NCBI GenBank assembly: GCA_963833425.1
Contig: CAWHXP010000013.1
Coordinates: forward strand, 160,001-224,000
DNA: 64,000 nt
Direction of reading: 5' to 3'
DNA from: an uncultured Methanosarcinaceae archaeon
GTDB taxonomy: Archaea > Halobacteriota > Methanosarcinia > Methanosarcinales > Methanosarcinaceae
Made by a program: the position numbers and the translations under genes. Positions 45,757 to 56,625 of the stretch are shown here, piece after piece. Below the pieces are notes generated by a model. That model was not told the DNA's origin. It searched no databases and saw only the letters and a list, made by a program, of their open reading frames with translations. The first letter of the stretch is position 1; every line of letters begins with the position of its first letter.

Positions 45757-45812
45757 AAGAGAATTTCGATAAACTCCATGCTCCATAGCATGGAGTTTAT
45801 CGAAATTCTCTT
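45757..45812. repeat. Perfect 26-bp-arm inverted repeat built from IS5 terminal IRs
   Basis: AAGAGAATTTCGATAAACTCCATGCT-ccat-AGCATGGAGTTTATCGAAATTCTCTT. Confidence 0.92.
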
Positions 45813-46354
45813 AAGTGTGCAAACGCATGGAGATCGAATGATGACTAAACTAACATTTGTTAGAGTAAAAAATCACTGTGTATTTTATTAGTAGCTTTTT
45901 TGTAATATTAATAAAGCTGAATCGATTAGTGCGTCTTTGAACCTGGGTTGGGGCCCGAGAATAACAAAATTATAATTATACATATCCAATCGGAGCAAAT
46001 GATGCAAATGAGGCTGGATACTACGCTGAAAATACTGCTGAGGTAATAATTGTGAAAATGGATTATCTACTAATGGTGGAGATAAAAACCTCAACGTGGC
46101 ACCCAAGAGCAATGCTTCCTTCGATATAGGATACACTGATGGATACAATATGAAATACAAACTAGAGTACAAACAAGGATGTTTGAAAATTTCAGAATGA
46201 AATAAAAAAGTCATTAGTACAAAGTAATTTTTTAGTTTTAAAATATGTTTCTGGAAAGTAAATTTTATTCAGAAATTATTTTTTGTATCATTAATTAAAA
46301 ATAATACGGGAAAGTAATATTCATCTGATTGCAATGATTACTTAGATATACTTT

Positions 46355-46394
46355 TTATAGACAATTTGTTGAAATTATAGACAATTTGTTGAAA
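46355..46394 (+). repeat. 20-bp tandem direct repeat x2
   Basis: TTATAGACAATTTGTTGAAA twice, upstream of the 46478 ORF. Confidence 0.9.
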
Positions 46395-46477
46395 TCGTAG
46401 ATTAAAATATACTAATATTTTGGTCTATTTTGAAGTGTAAATTCAAAAAACATTATCAATAAAGGAGATCTTTAAAC

Positions 46478-46702
46478 ATGTGCGAAGAACATTCCATAAT
46501 GGGACAGGGGTCTATAATGGCGACCGCTATGGCTGAAATGTGGGGACTTCTGACTACAGAACAGAAAAAAAAAGTTGCAGCGATGAGGATGGATAAATTC
46601 ATAAAAATTTTAGAAATTAAAATAAGCAAGATGGAAACGATGATCGAAATAAAAAAAGAGGCTATAGGTGATATTAAAAAAGTTCAGGAAATGCTCAAAT
46701 AA
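46478..46702 (+). CDS. Small Met-rich coiled-coil hypothetical protein
   Basis: AAGGAG RBS; 74-aa helical, heptad-like sequence. Confidence 0.7.
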   Translation: MCEEHSIMGQGSIMATAMAEMWGLLTTEQKKKVAAMRMDKFIKILEIKISKMETMIEIKKEAIGDIKKVQEMLK

Positions 46703-46893
46703 TAAAAATAAATTCAACAAATATGATAATAAAATTTGGTCCTGTACAAATTATCTCAAATAGCAAATTCCTGTAATCATTCATGCAGCCTTCAAAGGCT
46801 AATTTTTTTCGGAAAAGTATTTTATATTAATTAAATCCATCCATCAAAGGCTAATTTTTTGCACACCTTCGTCTAAATGGTATAAAGATACAA

Positions 46894-47748
46894 GGTTCCG
46901 TTGCAAAAAATCCTTTCTACTGATACAATAGAATAAAAAGAAAACCAAAGATAGTAACATGCTATCTAATTCCTTTAAATGGAAGCATTATGAAGGGGAA
47001 ATTATCCTATTAAATGTGAGATGGTACTTAAAATATGCATTAAGTTATAGAAATTTAAAGTAAATGATGGCAGAAAGGGGAGTAAAAGTCGACCATACAA
47101 CAATCATGAGATGGGTACATCAATATTCCCCTGAAATAAAAAAGAAGATGAGAAGACATTTAAGACCAACAAATGATTCGTGGAGAGTTGATGAAACCTA
47201 TATCAAAGTAAAAGGTAAATGGAAATATTTTTACCGAGCAGTTGACTCAGATGGAGATACAATTGATTTCATGTTAAGTCCAAAACGAAATAGAAAAGCA
47301 GCGAAGAGATTCTTTAAGAAAGCTTTAAGTTCTAATCATAATCAAATTCCAAGAGAAACAACCGTTGATAAGAATCCAGCTTATCCATCTGCTATAAATA
47401 AACTGAAAAATGATAAAATACTACCTAAAAACGTAGGCATTCGACAAATCAAGTATTTGAATAACATTATAGAACAAGATCACAGATCTATAAAGCGAAT
47501 CGTTAATCCAATGTTAGGGCTTCAGTCTTTTCGATCTGCTAATAAGACTTTAAAAGGGATTGAAGCTATAAATATGATCAAAAAAGGACAAGTAATCGAT
47601 CTAAATTACTCTGCTCTTAATGAAGTCAAATACATTAATCAATTATTTGGTATAGTTTTATAATGTTAGTACATTTTCCTTTAATATTTTGATTTTTATT
47701 AATTACTTATAGATTTACATATTTTTTTGAAGTTTTTGCAACGGAATC
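46894..47748 (+). mobile_element. IS6-family element (855 bp), transposase with TAA at 47061-47063
   Basis: Near-identical to 8591-9445. IRs GGTTCCGTTGCAAAAA / TTTTTGCAACGGAATC. GAA to TAA change in the transposase that starts at 46959. Confidence 0.92.
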
Positions 47749-47811
47749 GATGCTGGGAACTAAACGGAAAAATTGAAGGAAACAGGATTAAACAATAGAT
47801 TAGGAGAGCAT

Positions 47812-48090
47812 ATGGCAAAAGTATCAATGTACACCTTAAACACCTGCCCAGAGTGCCGGAAAACAAAGGAATTTTCCCGGACCAAAGTCCTAACATTCGA
47901 TTTCGTCGATTACGATCTCGCCAGCGAGAGCGAGCAAAACAAGATTGCGACCAAGATGATAAAGGGCACCGGCTATATCGGCTTCCCATTTGTCTGGATC
48001 GGCTATGTAGTGGTCATCGGGTTCAATCCAAAGAGATTTGAGCAGCTTCTTAAATCGGAGAAGCTCGAACCGGCAACCAGCCAGGCTTAA
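47812..48090 (+). CDS. Glutaredoxin/NrdH-like protein
   Basis: MYTLNTCPEC (CxxC), GFP and VIGFN motifs; GGAG RBS. Confidence 0.8.
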   Translation: MAKVSMYTLNTCPECRKTKEFSRTKVLTFDFVDYDLASESEQNKIATKMIKGTGYIGFPFVWIGYVVVIGFNPKRFEQLLKSEKLEPATSQA

Positions 48091-48103
48091 CGAGATGGTC
48101 ATC

Positions 48104-49192
48104 ATGACAGGAGAACCTGCTCTTTTTACACAGTATCGAATGGGCGATCTCACGCTGCCAAACCGCATAGTAATGGCGCCGATGACCCGCAGCCGCGCTG
48201 GGGATGCAGACGTCCCGGTCTCAATGACTGTCACTTATTATGTGCAGCGGGCCTCGGCCGGCATGATTATCACTGAGGGCTCGCAGGTTAGCCAGCAGGG
48301 GGTGGGCTACATGCATACACCGGGCATATACTCTGCGGCACAAGTTGCCGGCTGGAAGAAGGTGACCGACGCAGTCCACCGGGCTGGTGGCAGGATTTTC
48401 ATCCAGCTCTGGCACGTGGGACGAGTCTCCCACTCCGACTTCCTGGGTGGCGCTCTTCCGGTCGCGCCATCAGCGCTACCCGTCGAAGGCTTTGTCCACA
48501 CACCCGGTGGAAAAAAGCCAATTCCGGTACCCAGGGCCCTGAATACCGGCGAGGTGCCGGACATCGTCAGGCAATTCCAGCAGGCTGCGGAGAATGCCAG
48601 AACCTCCGGCTTCGATGGTGTAGAAATCCATGGCGCTAACGGCTACCTGCTGGACCAATTCCTGCGGAGCGGGTCCAACGAACGAACCGATATTTACGGC
48701 GGCAGCCTTGAGAATCGAGCCCTTCTACCACTTGAGGTCACGAAAGCCGTCATAAAGGTATGGGGCGGCGACAGTGTCGGCTACCGCATCTCACCGCACA
48801 TGACCGCGCATTCTATGTCGGACGCCAATCCCCGAGAGACCTTTTCCTATTTCACCAGAGAGCTAAACAAAATAGGCCTTGGCTACCTTCATTTAATCGA
48901 GCCCATCGGAGGCAGGGCGGGGTTCGTGCCACCAGAGGCACGGCTTGGGCCTATCCTGCGCAAAATTTTTGAAAGGACGTTCATATTGAACGGCGGCTAT
49001 GACCTCCATAGCGGAAACGAGGTCATCTACAGCGGTGAGGCCGACATGATAGCCTTCGGAGTGCCGTTCCTGGCCAATCCTGACCTACCAGAACGCTTCA
49101 GGCAGAATGCTACGCTGAACGAGTCGGACATGGCCACCTTCTACGGGGGCGGCACGAAAGGCTACACGGATTACCCGTCCCTGGTCATCTAA
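48104..49192 (+). CDS. Old Yellow Enzyme family alkene reductase (NemA-like)
   Basis: NRIVMAPMTRSRA, IQLWHVGR, EIHGANGYLLDQF and GYTDYP. Confidence 0.92.
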   Translation: MTGEPALFTQYRMGDLTLPNRIVMAPMTRSRAGDADVPVSMTVTYYVQRASAGMIITEGSQVSQQGVGYMHTPGIYSAAQVAGWKKVTDAVHRAGGRIFIQLWHVGRVSHSDFLGGALPVAPSALPVEGFVHTPGGKKPIPVPRALNTGEVPDIVRQFQQAAENARTSGFDGVEIHGANGYLLDQFLRSGSNERTDIYGGSLENRALLPLEVTKAVIKVWGGDSVGYRISPHMTAHSMSDANPRETFSYFTRELNKIGLGYLHLIEPIGGRAGFVPPEARLGPILRKIFERTFILNGGYDLHSGNEVIYSGEADMIAFGVPFLANPDLPERFRQNATLNESDMATFYGGGTKGYTDYPSLVI

Positions 49193-49930
49193 GTTAATAA
49201 AAGAAGAAAGTTAAATTTTAATCTTTAAATCAATCCTATTCTTTTTTGCAATCCTTCAAATTTGGTAGAAACGTAATTTTTGGCTGAAAGACCACTGTCT
49301 AAACATCACAGGTTTATCTGGTTTTTTTCAAATCAGTGCATAAGGAAAAATGCCTTTTGAAAAAGTAAAAAATGTTAATAAAACATATATAAAATAGGAA
49401 CTGAAAAAACCCTATAAACCCGTGATTTATGATAAATAAGAAGAAAAAGAATGAAAAATACGCTCTCCTAATAACGGATTATTCCAGTACCGACTTCAAA
49501 TAAACCCTATGACGGGGCTGAGAATAAGTCCACTAGTAAAAGTTGCTGTTGACACTGCTATAAGGGGTATAGGCAGTATGAGAGTCGCACTATCGAACAT
49601 TAACGTTAACAACGGTAAGCAGGTTTACGATATTCCGCCAGTAAATTTTTATTTAGTCGGATATATATTAATTAAAATGGCTCTTGTCCCGTAATTTTTA
49701 TTAGGCATTATTTTTTATGCATACCAATATCTTAAAAAATATTAACAAAATAATAGAAAACGACCAATTTTTCAGATCAATCATTACTTCCAAAATAATT
49801 ATGGACTGCATAAAAGGCAACAGTCTGGTTGCTGTTTCTGATAACAAAATTATAGGATCTATTTAATTTTTATCTAACCGTCAAAAGTTTGCATATATTA
49901 AAGAAGAAAACTTTACTTTTTTTAATATAA

Positions 49931-50952
49931 TTATTTACTTCTCCAAGGTAGGACTGCAGCTCCGAATGCTAGAAGCGGGCCTGTAAACCATCCTGCCCAG
50001 AGAAGGAATCCGGCTATTCCAATACCTAAAAACAAAAGACTCTTCTTTATTGACCTCGCACTGTGACCCTTGTCTTTAAGGCTTAACCCAAGTGCAAGTA
50101 ATCCAAGTACAATACTCGCTAGAGCTAGAATAATAGTAATAGAAACAGCGGAAGTATATGCACTTTTACTTAATGAAATAAGCATCTGGAGCAGAAAAGA
50201 TAATCCTGTACCAATGAAGAAGAGTCCTGCGAAGATTCCAGAGATCTTTGCTGGGCTGAAACCAGATACTGCTTCTCTTTTCAAGAATAATAACAAAATT
50301 CCCAATACAAGAGTTATCCCTAGTGGAAACAAAATCATAACCAAGCTCTGTCCTTCCCAGAGGTAAACTTTTATCTGGTTTATAGGTATGGATATCCATT
50401 CCATGGGAGTAAAAATTTCTTTGTAACCTATTACTATTCCATAATTTTCTTCTTCCTTTGTAGAACTAGCTACAACATAATAAGTCCCATTTTCTGGAGC
50501 TATAAGATCAGGACTGGCAAGAGTATAGAAGGCGCTAGGTGTAAATTCTTCATATTCAGGTCCAATACTGAGGTTGCCTGAATATACTTTTACTCCATAC
50601 CCCTTAGGTACCTCAAGATTCGTGGTACTTCTCCCTCGTTTGTAAGACTTGGACCCATAAGAATAAGATCCGGAGTAAATTCCTGCCTTCCTTGTTCAAC
50701 AGGAATTGTAAGCCCAAGAACTATTCTTTCTCCTTTATTCATTTTGAAACTGTAGTATATGAGATCGCCTGCGGCAATTTTTCCATAAAGGACTTTGGAT
50801 ATTTCTGAGTTTAAAATAGGAGTTGCCTTGTCAGGGCTTCTACCGCCACTCTCGAAAATCGGCACATGAGCAAGAGCAGGAATTAGCAAAAAGTATACTG
50901 CAGTCATCATAACCGATAAAATGCCGGAAACTCGGAATTTCCATTGTTTCAT
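49931..50952 (-). pseudogene. Exported/membrane protein with one frameshift near 50620
   Basis: Signal peptide then AHVP in 50590-50952. The shifted frame EVPKGYGVKVY...TPMEW is continuous with the multi-TM ORF 49931-50404. Confidence 0.7.
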
Positions 50953-51138
50953 AGACTACATTTTACTTTTTTGCTAGTAATAAGCATCAGAAAAAAGAAT
51001 TAAAAACAGAGTTATAAAGTTGATTTATATCACATTATTTTTTTAAAAAAATTTAGTTTTCTTGATAAGATCCAAATAGAAATTTTTGCAATTGCTAGCC
51101 ATAAACTCTTTAAAGGAAACATTTATGCAATTGCCTGC

Positions 51139-52395
51139 ATGAGCTCCCGATATATTGTGGACAGGTCGATTAGAAGGTATGTCCTTGAAACAAAGAAATT
51201 AATCCATCCCTTCGAATCACCGTCTACAGCATTGCCAGTATTGAACAGGACAATCTTCGAACATCAGGAAGATGTATTCAGACATCTAAAAGTTAAAGAA
51301 AAACCTTTTTTGTCTCATCGTTAGAAGAAGTTATTCCATCTGCCTCTCCAACTACTTGTTTACCGTGATGATATTTACTTCAATAAAGAACTGGTCTTGA
51401 GATTTTTAGACAAAGCTTCAGTAGTTGAAAAACCCGCGCAGATAGCTTTTTCAGATACTGATCCCTGTATAAGCTTGCATGCTTGCTACCCGCAACATAA
51501 TATGGAACACGTGGGGAATTTATTTTTGGGAGATTTTTTCTTTTTCCCGGCTAAAGTGCTAGAGAGGGATTTCATACCTGTAACAATAGATACGGAAAGT
51601 ATACCTCTTTCCTGTTTTTCCTTGCCATCATTAGAATCCGCTTCAGAAGAAAGATTATTAAAAACTCCGCTTGCTGCAGGGGGGACTTTATTTCCCCCTA
51701 TGCAACTACAGATTCCACTATTATCCTATATTGCTATCAAGCATTGGACACATTTACTTTTTGCTAATTTCAGCTTGAGTATCTATTGTCAAGCTAGCCA
51801 ACTAGATAGCAGGTCTAAAAATCTAGACGCGGAGCTTAGAAAAATACTATCTTGTCTATCAAAACGTCGCGGTCCAGTACATATTGGAAAAGATTGTCAA
51901 ATAGATCCTAGAGCAACAATAATAGGCCCAACTACTATAGATAATGGAGTTATTATCGGGCCAAATGTGACTATTTCAGCGGGATGTATTGGGGATCATG
52001 CTTTACTTGAACCGAATAGTTTGATCTGGTTAGGAGTTTTGGGAGCACGAAGCAGTCTTCTTGCAAACCGAAATATTGTTATGAGTTGTGTTATGAACGA
52101 TTCAATTATTAATACTGATGTTCGTTTTTCGATAGCGTGAAATCATTCTTTTCTCGGAGGTGGATCACATATCACAGATTTAATTCTACGTAACGCCAAT
52201 GAAGGCGACGATCCCAAGATGAATTCCCCGATGGTAAAAGTTTTCGCCGGTGATGAGCTCGTTAATTCAGGATATTATGTTTTGGGTCCGGCTATCGGCA
52301 ATAGAGTTAAAATCGGGTCTGGAGCAATCGTCTATCCGGGCAGGATGATAAAATCAGACAGTGTGATTTTTCCTGATCAAGGGGCAGCAGATTGA
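51139..52395 (+). pseudogene. GlmU-like / left-handed beta-helix protein with two in-frame stops
   Basis: One frame throughout, with TAG at 51322-51324 and TGA at 52138-52140. Hexapeptide repeats (VHIGKDCQIDPRATIIGPTTI, AIGNRVKIGSGAIVYPG). Final TGA ends at 52395. Confidence 0.75.
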
Positions 52396-52765
52396 AAAGC
52401 CAAATGAGAATATACGTAAAAGGCAATTCACATTCAAAATTTAATCCAAGATAATAGCGAGTTGAACACCAAGTTACTCACTGAAGAGATTGGAAAAAAA
52501 ATCTATAGTGGTGATTTTGATAACTTCGACTATAATCACAACACAGAATAAAATGAGCAGGAAAGGTTATTCTATAAAAAATAGGTTGAGTTATAATTAA
52601 AAATTATGGTTAGTTGATGACTCGTGACCTTCCCAATTTGAACGAGTTTTTCTAGGATTTGTTTTCTGATTCCATCTGCATCATTGATAATTATATCAAC
52701 GTTTTAGTTTTTATTCTCTGAAATTGTATCAATTTTCCTATATTCACGCCTTCCAAATTCTGCAG

Positions 52766-52915
52766 GGAAACGTCTTTCAAGAACCCGTAGGAAAGGAATC
52801 AAATTGGCTGCCTGCACCCAATGGAGACTTTACCCTTATATTAAGAATGTATTTACCAGGTCCCACGATTTTAAATGGAACTTACCAGATTCCCCTAGTG
52901 CAGAAAGTAATGTAA
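52766..52915 (+). pseudogene. C-terminal fragment of a DUF1214/DUF1254 protein
   Basis: ESNWLPAPNGDFTLILRMYLP motif; the rest of the gene is missing. Confidence 0.65.
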
Positions 52916-53398
52916 ACAAAAAAAAGTTAAAATACAGGGGATCGCAATAACCCCTTTTTAATTATCTAACTCATTTCAAAATTTATTCGATCTCATTTTT
53001 AGTATTTTTTCTTATCATGAGCCCTGGTTTCGACTAGTAAGTCAAAAAATGAACCATTCTCCGGCGATTTGAGACGGATTTTGAATCAGATAGAGTATAT
53101 CCAAGGCAACTATCATAAAAAATTAAAGATGGAGTTTATAGTGAGCCAAAAGTTAAATAAAATTAGCCCACCAAAATTTGCTAATTGAAGTTTAGGAAAG
53201 ATAACTGTAGATACTGCTTTGTTTAAGTTGAATAGTTCTTATTATTGTGACAAAAATCTAGACTGTTTAAAAAATCTATTATAAAATGATATTATACTCA
53301 AAAACATTATCAAATCAACTTGACTAAGAATAAGCTTGATTTCATCAAAATTAGTGAATACTGTAGAAATTAAGTTCGAAGTAAAGAAGAGATAGCTG

Positions 53399-54004
53399 TT
53401 AATAGAGGAAATTTATTTTCTCTACCTTTTTCCAGCAAAAAAACCCGTAATCAGAAGTACAAACCCCAGCCCCAGGAGGAAAAGAGGCATAGTCAAAGCC
53501 TTCAACTTGGGTTTCTAAGCCACGTGATTCGAAAGGTTTATTGTCCGAAGAATTGGGTAGAGACCCCTCAAGTGTTTGTGGGATCGGGAGCCTAGGATCA
53601 AGTTGTTGATACACAGGTGAGAACTTGACCAAGACACCGTCTGCACCTGCATATACAGTGCTTACAGTTAGATTAAGAATTTCTATAGAGTCACTTGAAT
53701 ATATAAAGTGAGAGCCTTCAGTGACAATGTCATTCTTAAGCGGGGTCCCTTCCCTACGAAGCTCAATCCATACCTTTTTCCCTTCAGTATCCGTACCTTT
53801 CACATAAAGCTGATAACCTTGCAAAAAAGTATGATAGCTTCCAGATCTCACATAAATTTTATCTCCATTGATCAGAACAATGGAGAGCTTCTTCCCATAA
53901 CCGGTAGCTAAGGCAGGTGACATGGAATAAAAGATAACTGAAGAGAATATAGATATAATAAGGAAAAAGGAAAATAAAAGGAGAATATTTGTTCTCTCAT
54001 CCAC
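53399..54004 (-). CDS. S-layer-domain-like exported protein with frameshifted C-terminus
   Basis: N-terminal hydrophobic segment and GYQLYVKGTDTEGKKVWIEL. A TM tail is present in the +1 frame. Confidence 0.6.
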   Translation of the reverse strand: MDERTNILLLFSFFLIISIFSSVIFYSMSPALATGYGKKLSIVLINGDKIYVRSGSYHTFLQGYQLYVKGTDTEGKKVWIELRREGTPLKNDIVTEGSHFIYSSDSIEILNLTVSTVYAGADGVLVKFSPVYQQLDPRLPIPQTLEGSLPNSSDNKPFESRGLETQVEGFDYASFPPGAGVCTSDYGFFCWKKVEKINFLY

Positions 54005-54017
54005 TTTCCTTTCGGGT

Positions 54018-54998
54018 TTACTTGGGGCGAGCATAAATGCATCTGCCTGCAATAATTTCTTCCCTGGTATCGTCTGCTTTTCTTATGACAAGAGCTCCAT
54101 CAGGAGTTACTCCCACAGCTTTACCCTCTAGAATTCTTGAAGGTGTTACGACCTTAACGTCTCTTCCAATGGTGTCTGAAAGAGCAAGCCAGTCATTAAG
54201 GATATGTGAAAAAGGTCTGGTCTTGAAATATATGTATTGCTGTTCAAGCTCGAAGAGAAGGTCTTGAAGGAACGAAATTCTTTTTATGTGTTTCCCGAGC
54301 TCAACTTTCAGAGTTGTCGAGCCCGAGCGGAAAGACTCGGGAATATCTTTTAAGTCCATATTCACATTAATTCCTATGCCCAAAACTATATAGTCCACTC
54401 TATCCATCTCAGCATTTGCCTCGGTAAGGATTCCACACACCTTTTTCCCATTGATGCGGACATCATTTGGCCATTTGATGCGTGCGTCAAGGCCTATATC
54501 ACGAATAGCATTTGCGACTGCAAGCCCGGCGACTAGAGTCAGTCTTGAAGCATGCCTGATAGGAATTCCTGGTTTGAGGATCACGGACATCCATATACCG
54601 CCGTGAGGGGAGATCCATTCTCTGCCCATGCGGCCTCTGCCTCCCTTCTGTATTTCAGAGATTACAAGCGTGCCTTCATCCTCGGAAGCCACTATTTCCT
54701 TTGCAATGCTATTTGTAGAATTCACCTCCTCGAAATAATGAATCTTCTGCCCTAGAAGAGTTGTTTTGAGTCCCATCTGAATTTCTTCCGGGTACAAGAA
54801 TTGAGGTATGGATTTCAGGACATAACCTTTTTTTGGGGATGATCCTATCTCATAACCATCAGTCTTTAGGGCCTTGATATATTTCCAGACCATTGTCCTG
54901 GAGATCCCTAGCTTGAGCCCCAGTTCTTCTCCAGAAACAGGGCTTTTCTGTGCATCTTTAAGTTCCTTGATAATTTGAGATCTTTTATCTCCCATCAA
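54018..54998 (-). CDS. birA: Bifunctional biotin-protein ligase/repressor
   Basis: N-terminal HTH, STN, QKGGRGRMGR, KWPND and KKVCGILTE. Confidence 0.93.
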   Translation of the reverse strand: MMGDKRSQIIKELKDAQKSPVSGEELGLKLGISRTMVWKYIKALKTDGYEIGSSPKKGYVLKSIPQFLYPEEIQMGLKTTLLGQKIHYFEEVNSTNSIAKEIVASEDEGTLVISEIQKGGRGRMGREWISPHGGIWMSVILKPGIPIRHASRLTLVAGLAVANAIRDIGLDARIKWPNDVRINGKKVCGILTEANAEMDRVDYIVLGIGINVNMDLKDIPESFRSGSTTLKVELGKHIKRISFLQDLLFELEQQYIYFKTRPFSHILNDWLALSDTIGRDVKVVTPSRILEGKAVGVTPDGALVIRKADDTREEIIAGRCIYARPK

Positions 54999-55126
54999 TG
55001 CACCCCATATAAATCTCTATACGTTCCACAGTATTTATTTCTTTAGTTTATTCTCTCATGGCAAGATGATAAAACATATGTTGCTAAGCAAAAAATCTGG
55101 TTCATATTTCTCGAAGAGAGTACTTG

Positions 55127-56608
55127 TTAACGCTGCATTTTCTGGGCCATGCTGACATAAGCATGTACTGCAGCTGTAATAGCTGCAACCTTTTTGTCTT
55201 TTGCTTCAATCGCCGAAGCTAGAGTATCACCCTTTTCAGCTTCTGATTTGACAATCTCTTCAACAGATTCCAGAATGTTATGATCTTCAATAAAAGCAGT
55301 TGTAATTTTGCCACTTCGAAAATCTGGGTTGCGCATGACAGCTTTATGGAATGGAATATTAGTCTTTACTCCCACAACCACATATTCGTACAGAGCTCTT
55401 TCCATCCTGGCAATCGCTAAATCTCTTGTCCTTTCCCAGACACATAGCTTAGAGATCATTGAATCGTAATAAGGAGAAATTGTATAACCTGTATGTACTC
55501 CACTATCAACTCTGACACCTGGGCCACCTGCAGATCGGTATCCTCGAATCTTTCCAGGAGAAGGGGCGAAGTCATTTAATGGATCTTCAGCGTTGATCCT
55601 ACATTCAATAGCATGACCATTAATACAAATATCCTCCTGCATAAAATCAAGTTTTTCACCCCATGCAATCCTGAGCTGTTCCATTACAATATCAATACCA
55701 GTAATCATTTCAGTAATCCCATGTTCAACCTGCAAACGGGTATTGACCTCAAGAAAATAAAAATCGCCCCTCGAATAAAGGAACTCTACTGTACCTGCAT
55801 TTACATAGCCAATTGCCTTCGCTACTTTTACTGCGGCTTCCCCCATCTGTGCCCTGAGTTCAGAAGTCATGATAGGAGAAGGAGCTTCTTCTATAAGCTT
55901 TTGATGTCTTCTCTGGATGGAACATTCCCTATCAGAGAGGTAAATAGTATTTCCATATGAATCGGCCAGTATCTGAATCTCTATATGCCTGGGTTCCTCT
56001 AAATATTTTTCGATAAAAACCGAAGAGTCCCCAAAAGCCGAACCAGCCATCTGTTTTGTAGAACCGAACGTAGTCACCAATTCTTCCTTGCAATGAGCTA
56101 CTTTCATTCCAATTCCGCCACCTCCTGCAGATGCTTTAATTATAACCGGGTATCCGATGTTTTCAGCAAACACCTTAGCCTCGTCTACATGATCTACTGC
56201 ATCTTTCGTCCCAGGTACAACAGGTACTCCTGCTGCCATCATAAGATTCCTGGCTTGTATCTTGTTTCCCATCTCAGCAATCACATGGCTAGGAGGACCT
56301 ATGAAAATCAGTCCTTCCTCTTCACAACGTTTTGCAAAGGCAGGATTTTCTGAAAGGAAACCATAGCCTGGGTGTATTGCATCAGATCCCGTATTTTTTG
56401 AAACTGCAAGAATAGCTTCCATATTCAGGTAGCTTTGACTAGAAGGAGCCGGACCTATCAAGTGAGCCTCATCTGCATATTTGGCAAAAAGTGCATTTTT
56501 GTCAGCTTCAGAGTAGACAGCTACAGTGGAAATTCCAAGCTCCCGACAAGCGCGCATAACCCTAATCGCAATCTCACCGCGGTTCGCAACGAGTACTTTT
56601 TTGAACAT
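55127..56608 (-). CDS. pycA: Pyruvate carboxylase subunit A (biotin carboxylase)
   Basis: [24 protein letters not shown] and [10 protein letters not shown]. Confidence 0.93.
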   Translation of the reverse strand: MFKKVLVANRGEIAIRVMRACRELGISTVAVYSEADKNALFAKYADEAHLIGPAPSSQSYLNMEAILAVSKNTGSDAIHPGYGFLSENPAFAKRCEEEGLIFIGPPSHVIAEMGNKIQARNLMMAAGVPVVPGTKDAVDHVDEAKVFAENIGYPVIIKASAGGGGIGMKVAHCKEELVTTFGSTKQMAGSAFGDSSVFIEKYLEEPRHIEIQILADSYGNTIYLSDRECSIQRRHQKLIEEAPSPIMTSELRAQMGEAAVKVAKAIGYVNAGTVEFLYSRGDFYFLEVNTRLQVEHGITEMITGIDIVMEQLRIAWGEKLDFMQEDICINGHAIECRINAEDPLNDFAPSPGKIRGYRSAGGPGVRVDSGVHTGYTISPYYDSMISKLCVWERTRDLAIARMERALYEYVVVGVKTNIPFHKAVMRNPDFRSGKITTAFIEDHNILESVEEIVKSEAEKGDTLASAIEAKDKKVAAITAAVHAYVSMAQKMQR

Positions 56609-56625
56609 TGTGCCTCATACAGTTA

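Noticed and set aside
52138..52140. Selenocysteine TGA
   Set aside because: Methanosarcina are not known to use Sec, the position is in a beta-helix rather than a catalytic Cys context, and the gene has a second stop.
53025..53115. Possible additional IS end fragment (also CCGACGAACC near 5020)
   Set aside because: No second copy or transposase remnant in the window to support it.
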